Shown piece by piece: positions 1 through 9,151 of a stretch of DNA of 64,000 nt (its first letter is position 1; the number at the start of each line of letters is the position of its first letter). The stretch spans positions 36,567 through 100,566 of the forward strand of contig JAGAHV010000159.1 of NCBI GenBank assembly GCA_017626895.1, in the 5' to 3' direction. A program made the position numbers and the translations under genes. Origin of the DNA: Clostridia bacterium (lineage in GTDB: Bacteria; Bacillota; Clostridia; Christensenellales; Aristaeellaceae). The notes beneath the pieces were generated by a model, which did not search any database, had not been told where the DNA came from, and saw only the letters and a list, made by a program, of their open reading frames with translations.

Positions 1-650
1 GGCTCTTTGGCCAGTGCAGCCTCAATCGTGGCCTTCTTGGCATCCGTCATGGTTTCAACAGACTGCAGGGCAGCATCCGGGGTGTTGTAAATGGCACCGC
101 AGACGAGGGTATCCCCGCCGACTGCACCGCACTTTTCGACGATCGCCACCGTCTCAGCGCCATTCTCAAGCGCGGAAATAGCCGCTGCCAGGCCGGCACC
201 GCCGCCGCCCAGGATGACCACATCGGCATCCACCGTCTTTGCCTCACCGGCCGCTTTCTCGGGGGCTGCCTTAAACGCATCCGCCTCTGCTCCGGCCTCT
301 GCCAGTGCATTCTTGACAGCCGTCTTGATGGCGTAGCTGGTAATCGTGGCACCGGCTACCGCGTCCACACCGTAGGACTGCGCATCCACAATGCGTCCGG
401 GAAGAACCGCAATCGGGGTGTCCCCCTCATACCCTTCCTCTGTCAGCGGAGCGCCGATTCCCGGTGTCTCCTGATGACCAAGAATTTCTACTTTTTCGAT
501 TTTGTCCTCTGAAACGGTCACCGCGACCTTGACAAGGTCGTTTTGTCCCTGCGCGGAGCCCTCATAGGTTCCCGGGGTCATTGCCATCGCGCTGGTGCTG
601 ACCAGCAGCAGACCCGCGGCCGCAAGAGACGCAATCATTTTACGATTCAT
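1..650 (-). CDS. Exported FMN_bind-domain / FAD-dependent reductase (flavocytochrome c, fumarate/urocanate-reductase-like). Only the N-terminal 216 codons are present; the gene continues past the window start.
   Basis: It is absent from the ORF track because it runs off the edge. My minus-strand translation from ATG 650-648 reads MNRKMIASLAAAGLLLVSTSAMAMTPGTYEGSAQGQNDLVKVAVTVSEDKIEKVEILGHQETPGIGAP...GVDAVAGATITSYAIKTAVKNAL...KTVDADVVILGGGGAGLAAA. This gives a hydrophobic signal-like N-terminus, an FMN_bind-type domain with a D-x-x-x-G-A-T flavinylation-type motif, then a GxGxxG FAD fold. A GGAAAGGAG RBS lies at 651-670 on the minus strand. Confidence 0.8.
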   Translation of the reverse strand, partial: MNRKMIASLAAAGLLLVSTSAMAMTPGTYEGSAQGQNDLVKVAVTVSEDKIEKVEILGHQETPGIGAPLTEEGYEGDTPIAVLPGRIVDAQSYGVDAVAGATITSYAIKTAVKNALAEAGAEADAFKAAPEKAAGEAKTVDADVVILGGGGAGLAAAISALENGAETVAIVEKCGAVGGDTLVCGAIYNTPDAALQSVETMTDAKKATIEAALAKE

Positions 651-819
651 ACTGGTAACTCCTTTCCTCAATTCCCTCTTGCGAGGTAAGGAAAGTATAA
701 CATGTCTCTGAGCATTTGCTCCGTTCCTTTTTCGAAAGTCTTCTTTCAAAACAGGAAATGGCGTTGGTCCCGTCAGCTGACTGAATGGATCTTCGGAGGA
801 TTGCTGTCACGGAACCGGT

Positions 820-2410
820 TTAACAGGTCGTATCCGACACTTTCCAGTCCTGGAGCTTTCTTGTCTGTGAATCGAATGAAACGCCTATTCTGATCACCTT
901 CCGGGAATCCGCAGCAAAAGCCAGCGCATAATCTTTCGTGTCAATCTGCTTAAGTGCTTCATTGGCCGACCCGTCCCGCTTGAATTCAAACAGATAAATA
1001 TACTTTTTGGTTTCGACCTTGCAGTCAATTCGTCCGGAATACGTATGCATCTCGCAGAGAGTGAACTTCCCCAGCAATGTAAAAACCAGATATATTACCG
1101 TCTGAAAAACATGTTCAGACGAATCTGTTTCAGGTGTACAGGTGATGTTTGCAAAAAGTGAAGTCAGCACATCTTTTATCCGATCCAGTTCACCCTGCTC
1201 AATGTACCTTCTCAGTGTGAAAATGTCATTTCCTGATCCTGCTCCGCAGTTCGCCACAAATTCGTGCATCAGGCATTCAACAAACCCATACTTAACCTCT
1301 TCATTCGGGAATGCCAGGGTATATGCACGTGCATCACGATCATAGTCTGTAATCGTCAGATAACCGGTCTGGTAGAGCAGCGGCACCGGTTCAAGACTGT
1401 ACCCCGTGTAATTCTTCAGCGTTCCTTCACCTGCATACAGCGTTCCTTCACCTGCATACAGCGTTCCATCTGTCAGCTTTCGAACATCAAAACCCGTATC
1501 CTTACATTTCCCTGTCAGAAAAGTCGGCGTGCCTGTTTCAAACCAGTACGAGCCGAAGTCTTTATCCAGCAGCGCGCCGAAAAGACTGTACGGATTATAG
1601 ACACTTTCGCTGTCCGGATGGAAATAGTATCCGTCATACTGTTTTCTTAAAGCCGCCTCACATTCCTCAGCGGTCATTTTTCTTCGCTCAGCCAAAGCAC
1701 CTGTCTCATCCTCAAAATACCAGTGCAGTTCTTCCCTGGTTATCCCGCACAGATTGGCGTAATCCGCTGACAGAGAAATGTCTCTCAGCTGGTCCACATC
1801 ACTGAAAAGACTGACTTCATTGAGCCTTGTGACGCCTGTAATAAAGATAAAACGGATGAAATCATCTGCTTTTTTCAGTCTGCTGAAAAAACCTTTGAGC
1901 ACCGCCTGCGTATGTGCGGCGCGATGCTGATCCTCCATCGTGTCAAGAAGCGGCTTATCATATTCATCTGCCAGGACGGCACAGCGCCGTCCGGTCATCT
2001 CTGCCGCCATTTCCAAAAGCCGCTCAAACCGGTATCCAAGAGTCTCATCTTTGTATTTGTCTCCGTAGATTTCCTCCCATTTCGAAAGATGCTGATTCAA
2101 CACTTTCTCGATAGACGTGTTTTCATAGTATTCTCCATTGAAATCAAAACTAAAACCGGGTAGGGTTTAAACGCGTCCGGATTATTCTTTTCAAGCTGCT
2201 CAATAGCAAGTCCGGAAAACAGTTCTCTTTTTCCTTCCCAATAGGCTTTCAATGTGGAAAGAAGAAGACTTTTCCCAAATCTTCTGGGACGGATCAGGAA
2301 ACATTTTCATGAACCAGCTGATAGATGAACGGCGTTTTATCCACGTACGCAAAGTTCTCTGTTCTCAGCTTTTCAAAGCTCTGAATGCCAATCGGCAGTT
2401 TTTTTCTCAT
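820..2410 (-). pseudogene. AAA-ATPase-like + PD-(D/E)xK (PDDEXK_9-type) family gene disrupted by at least two frameshifts
   Basis: Three minus-strand frames join into one full-length homolog of the intact paralog at 10397-12124. (i) ATG 2410 gives [38 protein letters not shown], then a stop at 2294. (ii) The shifted frame reads [48 protein letters not shown] (Walker-A-like RPRRFGKS). (iii) A further shift reads [28 protein letters not shown] and runs into ORF 820-2103, which ends with GRIDCKVETKKYIYLFEFK (PD-(D/E)xK-like). The frameshifts lie near 2293-2300 and 2150-2160. Confidence 0.75.
1417..1467. repeat. 21-bp perfect tandem duplication inside the pseudogene
   Basis: The unit CAGCGTTCCTTCACCTGCATA occurs at 1417-1437 and 1438-1458, followed by a partial third copy. 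It is in frame and encodes the duplicated GTLYAGE-GTLYAGE-GTL seen in ORF 820-2103. Confidence 0.9.
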
Positions 2411-2468
2411 TCCTTTGCCCACTTTTCTTTCGTATCTGCCGTCAGCTCCTTTGCAGGCCTCAATGTTG

Positions 2469-2535
2469 GTCGTTTGCCGGAGCTGCTTTTGTCTGAGGCC
2501 CGGATGTGATAAACTGTCGCTGCGCGACAGAGCCT
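2469..2535 (-). repeat. Intergenic hairpin-repeat family, copy A
   Basis: A perfect hairpin CTGTCGC-TGC-GCGACAG lies at 2514-2530. It is flanked by CCCGGAT and TTTGCCGG blocks that match the copies at 18257-18406 and (as reverse complement) 44724-44868. The copy sits between the LysR stop (2574) and the pseudogene start (2410). Confidence 0.6.
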
Positions 2536-2573
2536 CTCCCCTTTGCCAATGCACCGGGGAAACTGATGTCTCG

Positions 2574-3482
2574 TCACAGCATCACCTGAAAGTCCTTTTC
2601 ACCTGAATGGGTCTCACTCCATCTTTGAGCATACTCAATCAGTTTTTTCACCTCAGGCATCCCGGCACGTTTTCCAACCAGGATACTCTCCCATGCCCAC
2701 ATCGGTTCCTCATTCAGATCCAGCGGCACGAGATCATAGATTTCATCAAACTGTTCAAGGGCATTTTCTGGTGCTAGCGTCAGTGCATTCCCCGTCCCTG
2801 CCTCCCTGGTGACAAAGTGCATCCCGCCCAGAAACGTGATCTTCTTGAGCTTTACCTGACGCTTTTGAAGTTCAGGCATCAGCATCCGGACAAAACAGCA
2901 GCTGTCATGCGGATACACAAATTCCATTCCGCTCAGGTCCTCATAATGCAGCTTCGCCCGGTCAATCAGCGGATTCGTCCTGGATGCCACCAGATACGCC
3001 GGTTCCATGTACATCCGATGCGTTTCCAGTTCCCGGTGCTGTGGGCTGTGCCCAAAGAAAAAACCGATATCCACCTGCCCGGAACGAACCATGTCCGGCA
3101 CAGACGCGTTCGGCGAGGTGATCATGTTCAAATGGATGCCGGGGTTCGCCCTTGCAAATCCCGTAAACAGATCCGTCAGGCTGTATTCGACATTCAGTTC
3201 ACAGCCGCCCACCGTCAGCGAGGCAGCACTTCTCTCGTTTTTCTGAATGGAGGCCTTATATTCAGCCAGAATCGCCTGTGCATGCGGCAGAAAGTTCTTC
3301 CCTTCCTCCGTGATTTTCAGCATCCTGTTTTCATGAATCAGAAGCCTTGCTCCCAGTTCATTTTCAAGCGTCTGTACATGTTTGAAAATGGTGGAGGGGG
3401 CATATTGCAGCAGATCCGCCGCCTTCTGGTAATTTCTTGTTTCACAGACGGTGACAAATGTCTGGAGTTCTCTGGTATCCAT
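2574..3482 (-). CDS. LysR-family transcriptional regulator
   Basis: ORF track, 302 aa. The N-terminal wHTH reads MDTRELQTFVTVCETRNYQKAADLLQYAPSTIFKHVQTLENELGARLL and is followed by a LysR substrate-binding region. An AGGAGGG RBS lies upstream. The gene is divergent from the ABC operon. Confidence 0.9.
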   Translation of the reverse strand: MDTRELQTFVTVCETRNYQKAADLLQYAPSTIFKHVQTLENELGARLLIHENRMLKITEEGKNFLPHAQAILAEYKASIQKNERSAASLTVGGCELNVEYSLTDLFTGFARANPGIHLNMITSPNASVPDMVRSGQVDIGFFFGHSPQHRELETHRMYMEPAYLVASRTNPLIDRAKLHYEDLSGMEFVYPHDSCCFVRMLMPELQKRQVKLKKITFLGGMHFVTREAGTGNALTLAPENALEQFDEIYDLVPLDLNEEPMWAWESILVGKRAGMPEVKKLIEYAQRWSETHSGEKDFQVML

Positions 3483-3661
3483 TCCTGTCCCTCCTGTTGC
3501 TCCCTTGAATTTCTCAGAGAAAAGGTCACGGCTGACACGGATTCATCCTATTCCACTCCACACAAAAAGTCAAGAGGCGGATTTCCGTTTTTTAAGCGGC
3601 TGATCCATCTGCGCTTTCCTTAATATTTTGACATTCAATTGAGCACAATTGCAAAAAAGAA

Positions 3662-3690
3662 TTGACAGGACTCTGAAAGTTTCCTATAAT
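3662..3690 (+). promoter_or_regulatory. Sigma-A-type promoter of the ABC importer operon
   Basis: TTGACA (3662-3667), an exact 17-nt spacer, then TATAAT (3685-3690), about 40 nt upstream of the SBP start. Two CAATTG boxes at 3636-3641 and 3646-3651 just upstream are a possible LysR site (weak). Confidence 0.65.
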
Positions 3691-3729
3691 TTAACTGACT
3701 TTTTCAAGAAATAGTAAGGAGGATTGATT

Positions 3730-5070
3730 ATGAAAAAGTTATTTGCTCTTGTAATCGCACTGATCGTGGTCCTCTCCCTCAGCGTTCTGCCGGCAATGGC
3801 CGACGGGCTGGTTGTGGGAACCTTTGATCCTGCCTCTGCCGGCGAGTATGAACTCGGCTTTGGCTGGTGGGGCAACCAGGTACGTGACGAAGTGACCAAG
3901 GCTGCGGCCGACTTCTTCACCGAGAACTATCCCAACGTCAAATTCAACCTGAACACCCAGGTATGGAACAACTACTGGTCTCTGATGAGCACCTATGCTG
4001 CCAACAATGACCTTCCGGACATCATGCAGCAGGACTATGCGTTCATCGAGCAGTGGGTTGCTGCCGGCGATCTGCTGGACCTCACCCCCTACATCGAGAG
4101 CGGTGCTCTGGACCTGTCCAAGGTTCCCCAGAACATCATCGACACCGGTAAAGTCGGCGAAGGCATCTACGCTGTCTGCGCTGGCGTGAACGCTCCCGCT
4201 CTTCTCTACAACAAGACCCTGACCGATGAACTGGGCATCGAAGTGCCGCAGAACATCACCTGGGATCAGTTTGCCGAGATCTCCCGTAAAATCTTTGCCG
4301 AGAAAGGCATCGGCGCTGTATACGGCGAGGGCAACTCCGAGAACCAGCCGACCTACTACGCCCGTGGCCTTGGCTATCAGGCAATGTGGGGCGCTGAAGG
4401 CCTGAATCCGACCGCCGAAGAGATGACTGGTTACTATCAGCGCATCATGGACGGCGTTGCTGAGGGCTGGATGTTTGACACCGACAAGATGGCTGGCGTC
4501 AACCTCACCGACCTTGCTCAGAACCCGCTCGTATACGGCACCTCCAACGATGTCCGTTCCTGGGCCGCCTTCGCTTTCTCCAACCAGATCGCTGCCTATC
4601 AGAAGGCTGCTACCGCTGATGGCATCGAGCTTGGCATCACCAACTGGGCCAGCGACGATCCGGTGAAGTCCAACTACATGAAGCCCAGCCAGTTCTTCTC
4701 CATCACCACCGACACCAAGAATCCTGATCTGGCCGTTGCTTTCCTGAACTACCTCATCAACGATCCGCAGGCCAACACCATCATGCGTGCAGAGCGCGGC
4801 GTTCCGGCCAACAGCGAAGTCGCTGCTGCCATCGCTGAGGAAGTTACCAAGGTTGACCCGACCTATGGTCTCGTGGTTGATTACCTCGCATTCGTCGAGA
4901 AGAACTCCAGCCCGATCTTCCCGCCGCTCCCCGGCTACTCCGGAACCGTCAACCAGGATGTTCTCCTTCCTCTGACCGAAGAAGCTCACCTGGCCAAGCC
5001 GACCATGACCGCCGAGCAGTGTGCAAAGCAGCTGATCGAGGATACCGCCAACATCGCTGCCGACTATTAA
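3730..5070 (+). CDS. ABC transporter extracellular solute-binding protein (carbohydrate type)
   Basis: ORF 3724-5070. I prefer the ATG at 3730 (MKKLFALVIALIVVLSLSVLPAMADG, signal peptide), 7 nt after AAGGAGG. Length and composition are typical of family-1 sugar SBPs. Confidence 0.85.
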   Translation: MKKLFALVIALIVVLSLSVLPAMADGLVVGTFDPASAGEYELGFGWWGNQVRDEVTKAAADFFTENYPNVKFNLNTQVWNNYWSLMSTYAANNDLPDIMQQDYAFIEQWVAAGDLLDLTPYIESGALDLSKVPQNIIDTGKVGEGIYAVCAGVNAPALLYNKTLTDELGIEVPQNITWDQFAEISRKIFAEKGIGAVYGEGNSENQPTYYARGLGYQAMWGAEGLNPTAEEMTGYYQRIMDGVAEGWMFDTDKMAGVNLTDLAQNPLVYGTSNDVRSWAAFAFSNQIAAYQKAATADGIELGITNWASDDPVKSNYMKPSQFFSITTDTKNPDLAVAFLNYLINDPQANTIMRAERGVPANSEVAAAIAEEVTKVDPTYGLVVDYLAFVEKNSSPIFPPLPGYSGTVNQDVLLPLTEEAHLAKPTMTAEQCAKQLIEDTANIAADY

Positions 5071-5095
5071 TTGCTCAAATAGTCTTTAACACAGA

Positions 5096-5121
5096 GGAGG
5101 GCCTTGGTGCCCTCCTTTTTT
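5096..5121 (+). terminator. Intra-operon hairpin plus T-tract after the SBP gene (partial terminator or attenuator)
   Basis: GGAGGGC-cttggt-GCCCTCC followed by TTTTTT, located between the SBP stop (5070) and the permease start (5158). Confidence 0.6.
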
Positions 5122-5157
5122 AGAAGACTGTGTCACGTAGAAAAGGAGCCTCCGAGT

Positions 5158-6081
5158 ATGACTGCAAATCCGATTAAAAAACGTGCAAGGTCTGAATCCT
5201 GGCTCAATGAGGAATCCATCGCCGGCTATGTATTCAGCCTTCCTTTCATTATTGGTTTTCTGATGTTCATGTTGATTCCGATGGCGCTTTCTCTCTACTA
5301 TTCATTCTGTAAGTACGATATTCAGACGCCGCCGGAATTCGTTGGCCTCAACAACTATATCCGCATCTTCACAAACGATAAGGTCTTTACCAAGGCACTC
5401 ACCGTTACCTGTTACTATGCATTCATCGGCACACCGCTCAAAGTCATTTTCGCACTGATCGTCGCCCTGATTCTCAATCATGAGACGCGCGCCGTCGGAC
5501 TTTACCGTGCCGTCTATTACCTGCCTTCCATTATCGGCGGTTCCGTCGCCGTCGCCATTCTGTGGCGCCGCCTGTTCGAATCCACCGGTACCATCAATGC
5601 CATCTTCTCCAACGTCTTCCCTTCCCTGGCAGGTTTCAACTGGTTCAGTGAGGGCCCGGCCATCTGGGTTCTGATCATCCTGACGGTCTGGCAGTTCGGC
5701 TCTTCCATGCTGATCTTCCTCTCCGCCCTCAAGCAGATTCCCCGCGAGCTGTATGAGGCTTCCTGGGTGGATGGTGCCAACGGCATCCAGCAGTTCACCA
5801 ACGTGACCCTGCCCATGCTGACCCCCACCATCTTCTTCAACCTCGTTCAGCAGACCATCAACTCCTTCCTTGCCTTCACCCAGTGCAAACTGATCACCAA
5901 CGGACAGCCCAGAAACTCCACGCTGTTCTACACCGTGTATCAGTACAACAAGGCATTCCCGGCACAGGGCAAGAGCCAGATGGGCTATGCCTCCGCACTG
6001 GCCTGGATCATGCTGATCATCGTCTCCGTCGTCACCATGCTCCTGTTCAAGAGCAGAAGCAAATGGGTCTTTGATGCTTAA
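5158..6081 (+). CDS. ABC transporter permease (MalF/UgpA-like)
   Basis: ORF 5104-6081. I prefer the ATG at 5158 (MTANPIKKRARS...) after AAAGGAG. The protein is multi-TM and has an EAS-x-DGA motif (YEASWVDGANGIQQF). Confidence 0.85.
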   Translation: MTANPIKKRARSESWLNEESIAGYVFSLPFIIGFLMFMLIPMALSLYYSFCKYDIQTPPEFVGLNNYIRIFTNDKVFTKALTVTCYYAFIGTPLKVIFALIVALILNHETRAVGLYRAVYYLPSIIGGSVAVAILWRRLFESTGTINAIFSNVFPSLAGFNWFSEGPAIWVLIILTVWQFGSSMLIFLSALKQIPRELYEASWVDGANGIQQFTNVTLPMLTPTIFFNLVQQTINSFLAFTQCKLITNGQPRNSTLFYTVYQYNKAFPAQGKSQMGYASALAWIMLIIVSVVTMLLFKSRSKWVFDA

Positions 6082-6098
6082 GGAAAGGAGAGAAAACG

Positions 6099-6944
6099 AT
6101 GACTACTGAAAAACGGATCAAGAACATCATCTATCATGTTCTGGTCGCCCTCGGCGGCTTTATCATGATCTATCCGCTTCTGTGGATGGTTCTCTCCTCT
6201 TTCAAGCCGACGGACATGATTCTCCCCACCGCCTCCAGCCTCATCCCGAAAGAATTTACCTTGCGGAACTACATTCAGGGCTGGAAAGGATTCATGGGTT
6301 ACAGCTTCGGCACCTTCTTCATCAACTCCTTTATCATCTCCCTCGCGTCGACATTCGGAACCCTTTTCTCCTCATCACTGGTTGCTTTCGCGCTTCAGCG
6401 TCTGCAGTTCAAGGGCCGGAAAATCCTGTTTACCCTTGTTCTCTCAACCATGATGCTCCCTGCCCAGATCCTGATGATCCCGCAGTTCATGTGGTTCCGT
6501 CATCTGAACTGGGTCGGTACCTACTATCCGATGATCCTCCCCTACTTCTTCGCCATTCAGGGCTTCTTTGTCTACCTCATCATGAACTTCATCGGCGGTA
6601 TTCCAAAGTCCCTTGACGAAGCAGCCAAGATCGACGGATGCTCTTACTATCAGATCTTCTTCCAGATCATTCTCCCTCTGATCGTTCCGGCTCTGGTCAC
6701 CTCCGCCATCTTCTCGTTCATCTGGCGCTGGGATGACTACCTCTCCGCATTGCTCTACGTCAACCGCGCCAGCATGCGTCCGGTAGCTCTGGCCCTGCAG
6801 TTGTTCAACGATCCGTCATCCGGTTCGGATATCGGCTCCACACTGGCCATGTCCACACTGTCCATCGTGCCTGCAACCATCATCTTCCTGATCTTCCAGA
6901 AGTCTCTGGTTGAGGGCATTGCCTCTACCGGTATCAAGGGATAA
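6099..6944 (+). CDS. ABC transporter permease (MalG/UgpE-like)
   Basis: ORF track, 281 aa. EAA loop LDEAAKIDGCSYYQIFFQIILPL. RBS GGAAAGGAG. Confidence 0.9.
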   Translation: MTTEKRIKNIIYHVLVALGGFIMIYPLLWMVLSSFKPTDMILPTASSLIPKEFTLRNYIQGWKGFMGYSFGTFFINSFIISLASTFGTLFSSSLVAFALQRLQFKGRKILFTLVLSTMMLPAQILMIPQFMWFRHLNWVGTYYPMILPYFFAIQGFFVYLIMNFIGGIPKSLDEAAKIDGCSYYQIFFQIILPLIVPALVTSAIFSFIWRWDDYLSALLYVNRASMRPVALALQLFNDPSSGSDIGSTLAMSTLSIVPATIIFLIFQKSLVEGIASTGIKG

Positions 6945-6955
6945 TAATTGAAAAA

Positions 6956-6982
6956 ACGCAGTCCCTTCAGACTGCGTTTTTC
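6956..6982 (+). terminator. Rho-independent terminator after the permease genes
   Basis: ACGCAGTC-ccttca-GACTGCGT followed by TTTTTCTC, preceded by an A-run. Confidence 0.7.
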
Positions 6983-7058
6983 TCTTAAATGCCAGATCTC
7001 AGCCGGAACAATGCTGCATCGGCTATTGACCACCCGCTGAGACCCAGAAAGGAGTCCC

Positions 7059-8240
7059 ATGAAAACATCCGCCTATCCAAACGGAACCATTGTCGGTGAT
7101 TCCCTGCCTGGTTCACCGGAACTCTCTGCCCGCGGAAACGTCACGGCAGGCTGCCGCACAGACTCATTCATTCGCCCCTCCGTCCCCTCTCTGGCCAACG
7201 GCCTCAAGGATCTGCCCCTTCCGCTGCACGACCGGGTCATTCCCTACACCGTCTTTTATCCGGTCTGCGCGGATGAGCCCGGCGAAAACTGTGTTTACAC
7301 GGATTATATGGGCCGGATTGACCTTGGAAACCTGCAGAGTTTTACGTTTCCCGGCCGTGCCCGCTCCGGCGGCACCCCGGACCGTTCCATGGGTCCGCGC
7401 CCTGTCGTGATCATCTCACACGGCTATCCCGGATCCATGATGCTCCTGGTCAATCTGGCTGAAAACCTGTCCAGCAAGGGCTATATCGTCTTTTCCCTTT
7501 CGCATACGGATAATGCCTACACGGATTTCCTCCCGGAAGGCTCGTTTGAAAGCGCCCTCATTCACCGTTCCCTGGACCAGCGTGCCATGCTGGATGAACT
7601 GACCAGGCTCAATGCCGCCGGTCCGCTGGCCGGTCTTCTGGATCTTGACCGGGTGGCGCTCATCGGGTTCAGCATGGGCGGTTATGGCCTGCTCCGGACA
7701 CTGGGAGCAAAAATCGGTGACAAGCTTCTCGAAGAACACCCTCAGATTGCCTCTCACCTGACCGAGCCGGACTGGCACGGCGATTCCCGCGTCAAGGCGG
7801 CTGTCCTTTTCGCCCCAGCCACCTTTCTGGTGGATGCCGCGCATCTTGAAGACATCCGCGTTCCAACGCTTTGGGGCTGCGGCACCATGGACCGGGTCGT
7901 CGGATACGATGCGGTTCATGCCGCCTTCCAAACCGCCAGAAACAGCCGCCGGACCATGATCAGTTACATCGGCTGCGGCCATAACGTGGCCAACAATCCG
8001 GCGCCGCCTTGTGCCCTCAGCGCTGACTGGAGCATTCTCAAGCGCTGGGCAGATCCGGTCTGGGATACCGCCAGGCTCAACACCATCAATCTGCATTTCA
8101 TCACGGCTTTCCTCAGACAGTCGCTCCTGGGTGAAAACGGCGAGGCCTATTATGCTGGTCTCAGGGAGGGCGAGCCTCTCCCCGGCTTCACCGCAGATAC
8201 CGATGTGGGCGTTCGTGTCGAGCACCTGCCGGAAAACTGA
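7059..8240 (+). CDS. Alpha/beta-fold serine hydrolase (dienelactone hydrolase / PAF-acetylhydrolase-like)
   Basis: ORF track, 393 aa. It has a GxSxG nucleophile elbow (IGFSMGGYG), VVIISHGYPG, and a late GCGHN that is a His candidate. There is no signal peptide. RBS GAAAGGAG. Confidence 0.65.
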   Translation: MKTSAYPNGTIVGDSLPGSPELSARGNVTAGCRTDSFIRPSVPSLANGLKDLPLPLHDRVIPYTVFYPVCADEPGENCVYTDYMGRIDLGNLQSFTFPGRARSGGTPDRSMGPRPVVIISHGYPGSMMLLVNLAENLSSKGYIVFSLSHTDNAYTDFLPEGSFESALIHRSLDQRAMLDELTRLNAAGPLAGLLDLDRVALIGFSMGGYGLLRTLGAKIGDKLLEEHPQIASHLTEPDWHGDSRVKAAVLFAPATFLVDAAHLEDIRVPTLWGCGTMDRVVGYDAVHAAFQTARNSRRTMISYIGCGHNVANNPAPPCALSADWSILKRWADPVWDTARLNTINLHFITAFLRQSLLGENGEAYYAGLREGEPLPGFTADTDVGVRVEHLPEN

Positions 8241-8263
8241 ATGCATCATAATCGGAGGATCTA

Positions 8264-9115
8264 ATGAAACAGCTGAACATTTTTGCATTTGCCGATGAAG
8301 CCAGCACGATGATCGACGGACAGATCACCGCCATGCTTCGCAATCAGCTTCAGGGCCTTGAAATCCGGGGCGTGGACGGGGTGAACATTTCGGACATTTC
8401 GCTTGCCAAGGCGAAAGAGGTCCACCGGAAGCTCAGTGACAACGGACTGCGTGTCTGGTCCATCGGCTCCCCCATCGGCAAGATCCCGGTGAACGGAGAT
8501 CACGCCACCCATACGGAAGCCTTCCGCCGCACGCTGGAGATTGCCTTCGTCCTCGAAGCGGAAAACATCCGTCTCTTCTCCTACTATATCGAAGAGGGAA
8601 AAGATCCCGCGGACTATCGTGATGCCGTCATCGATCACCTCGGTGCTCTTCTTGCCTTCGGCGAGGGATCCGGCATCCGTCTGTGTCACGAGAACGAAAA
8701 GGGCATTTACGGTGACAATGCCGTCCGCTGTCTGGACCTGCTCAATACGTTCCCGAACCTGTATGGCATTTTCGATCCGGCAAACTTCATTCAGTGCGGA
8801 CAGGATACCCTTGAGGCCTGGGAAATGCTGCACAGCCGGATCTGCTATCTGCACATCAAGGATGCCCTGAAAGACGGCACGGTCGTGCCTGCCGGATACG
8901 GAGAGGGCCACCTGCCTGAGATTCTTGCCGCTTATATCGCCCAGGGCGGTTCTGCGGTTACCGTTGAGCCCCACCTGCAGGCGTTCAGCGGCCTTGACCA
9001 TCTTGAGCGTCCCAAGGAAGACCGGAAGCTGGGCACCGGTTTCCATTTCAAGGATCACGATGAATCCTTTGACAAGGCCTGCAGTTCCCTCCGCGACATT
9101 CTGAATTCTCTGTAA
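8264..9115 (+). CDS. Sugar phosphate isomerase/epimerase (xylose-isomerase-like TIM barrel, AP_endonuc_2 type)
   Basis: ORF track, 283 aa (MKQLNIFAFADEAS...LEIRGVDG...IRLCHENEKGIYGD...LHIKDA). The layout is typical for this fold. RBS GGAGGA. Confidence 0.8.
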   Translation: MKQLNIFAFADEASTMIDGQITAMLRNQLQGLEIRGVDGVNISDISLAKAKEVHRKLSDNGLRVWSIGSPIGKIPVNGDHATHTEAFRRTLEIAFVLEAENIRLFSYYIEEGKDPADYRDAVIDHLGALLAFGEGSGIRLCHENEKGIYGDNAVRCLDLLNTFPNLYGIFDPANFIQCGQDTLEAWEMLHSRICYLHIKDALKDGTVVPAGYGEGHLPEILAAYIAQGGSAVTVEPHLQAFSGLDHLERPKEDRKLGTGFHFKDHDESFDKACSSLRDILNSL

Positions 9116-9151
9116 CCTTCCAAATTCTCTTCCAATGAAAGGAGTTTTCTC

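Noticed and set aside
2294-2554. An 86-aa ORF starting at 2554, and the long N-terminal extensions offered by the ORF track for several genes (e.g. 5104, 15461, 18278, 20124, 24273, 32573, 32828, 38283, 39964, 48254, 58864)
   Set aside because: The extensions lack an RBS and often begin at non-ATG codons. They run through repeats or upstream terminators. In each case they precede an internal ATG with a good Shine-Dalgarno and the canonical family N-terminus, so I used the shorter starts.
3739-4989. A 416-aa minus-strand ORF opposite the first solute-binding protein gene
   Set aside because: It is an antisense shadow of a gene with a clear signal peptide, RBS and promoter, and has no motifs of its own.
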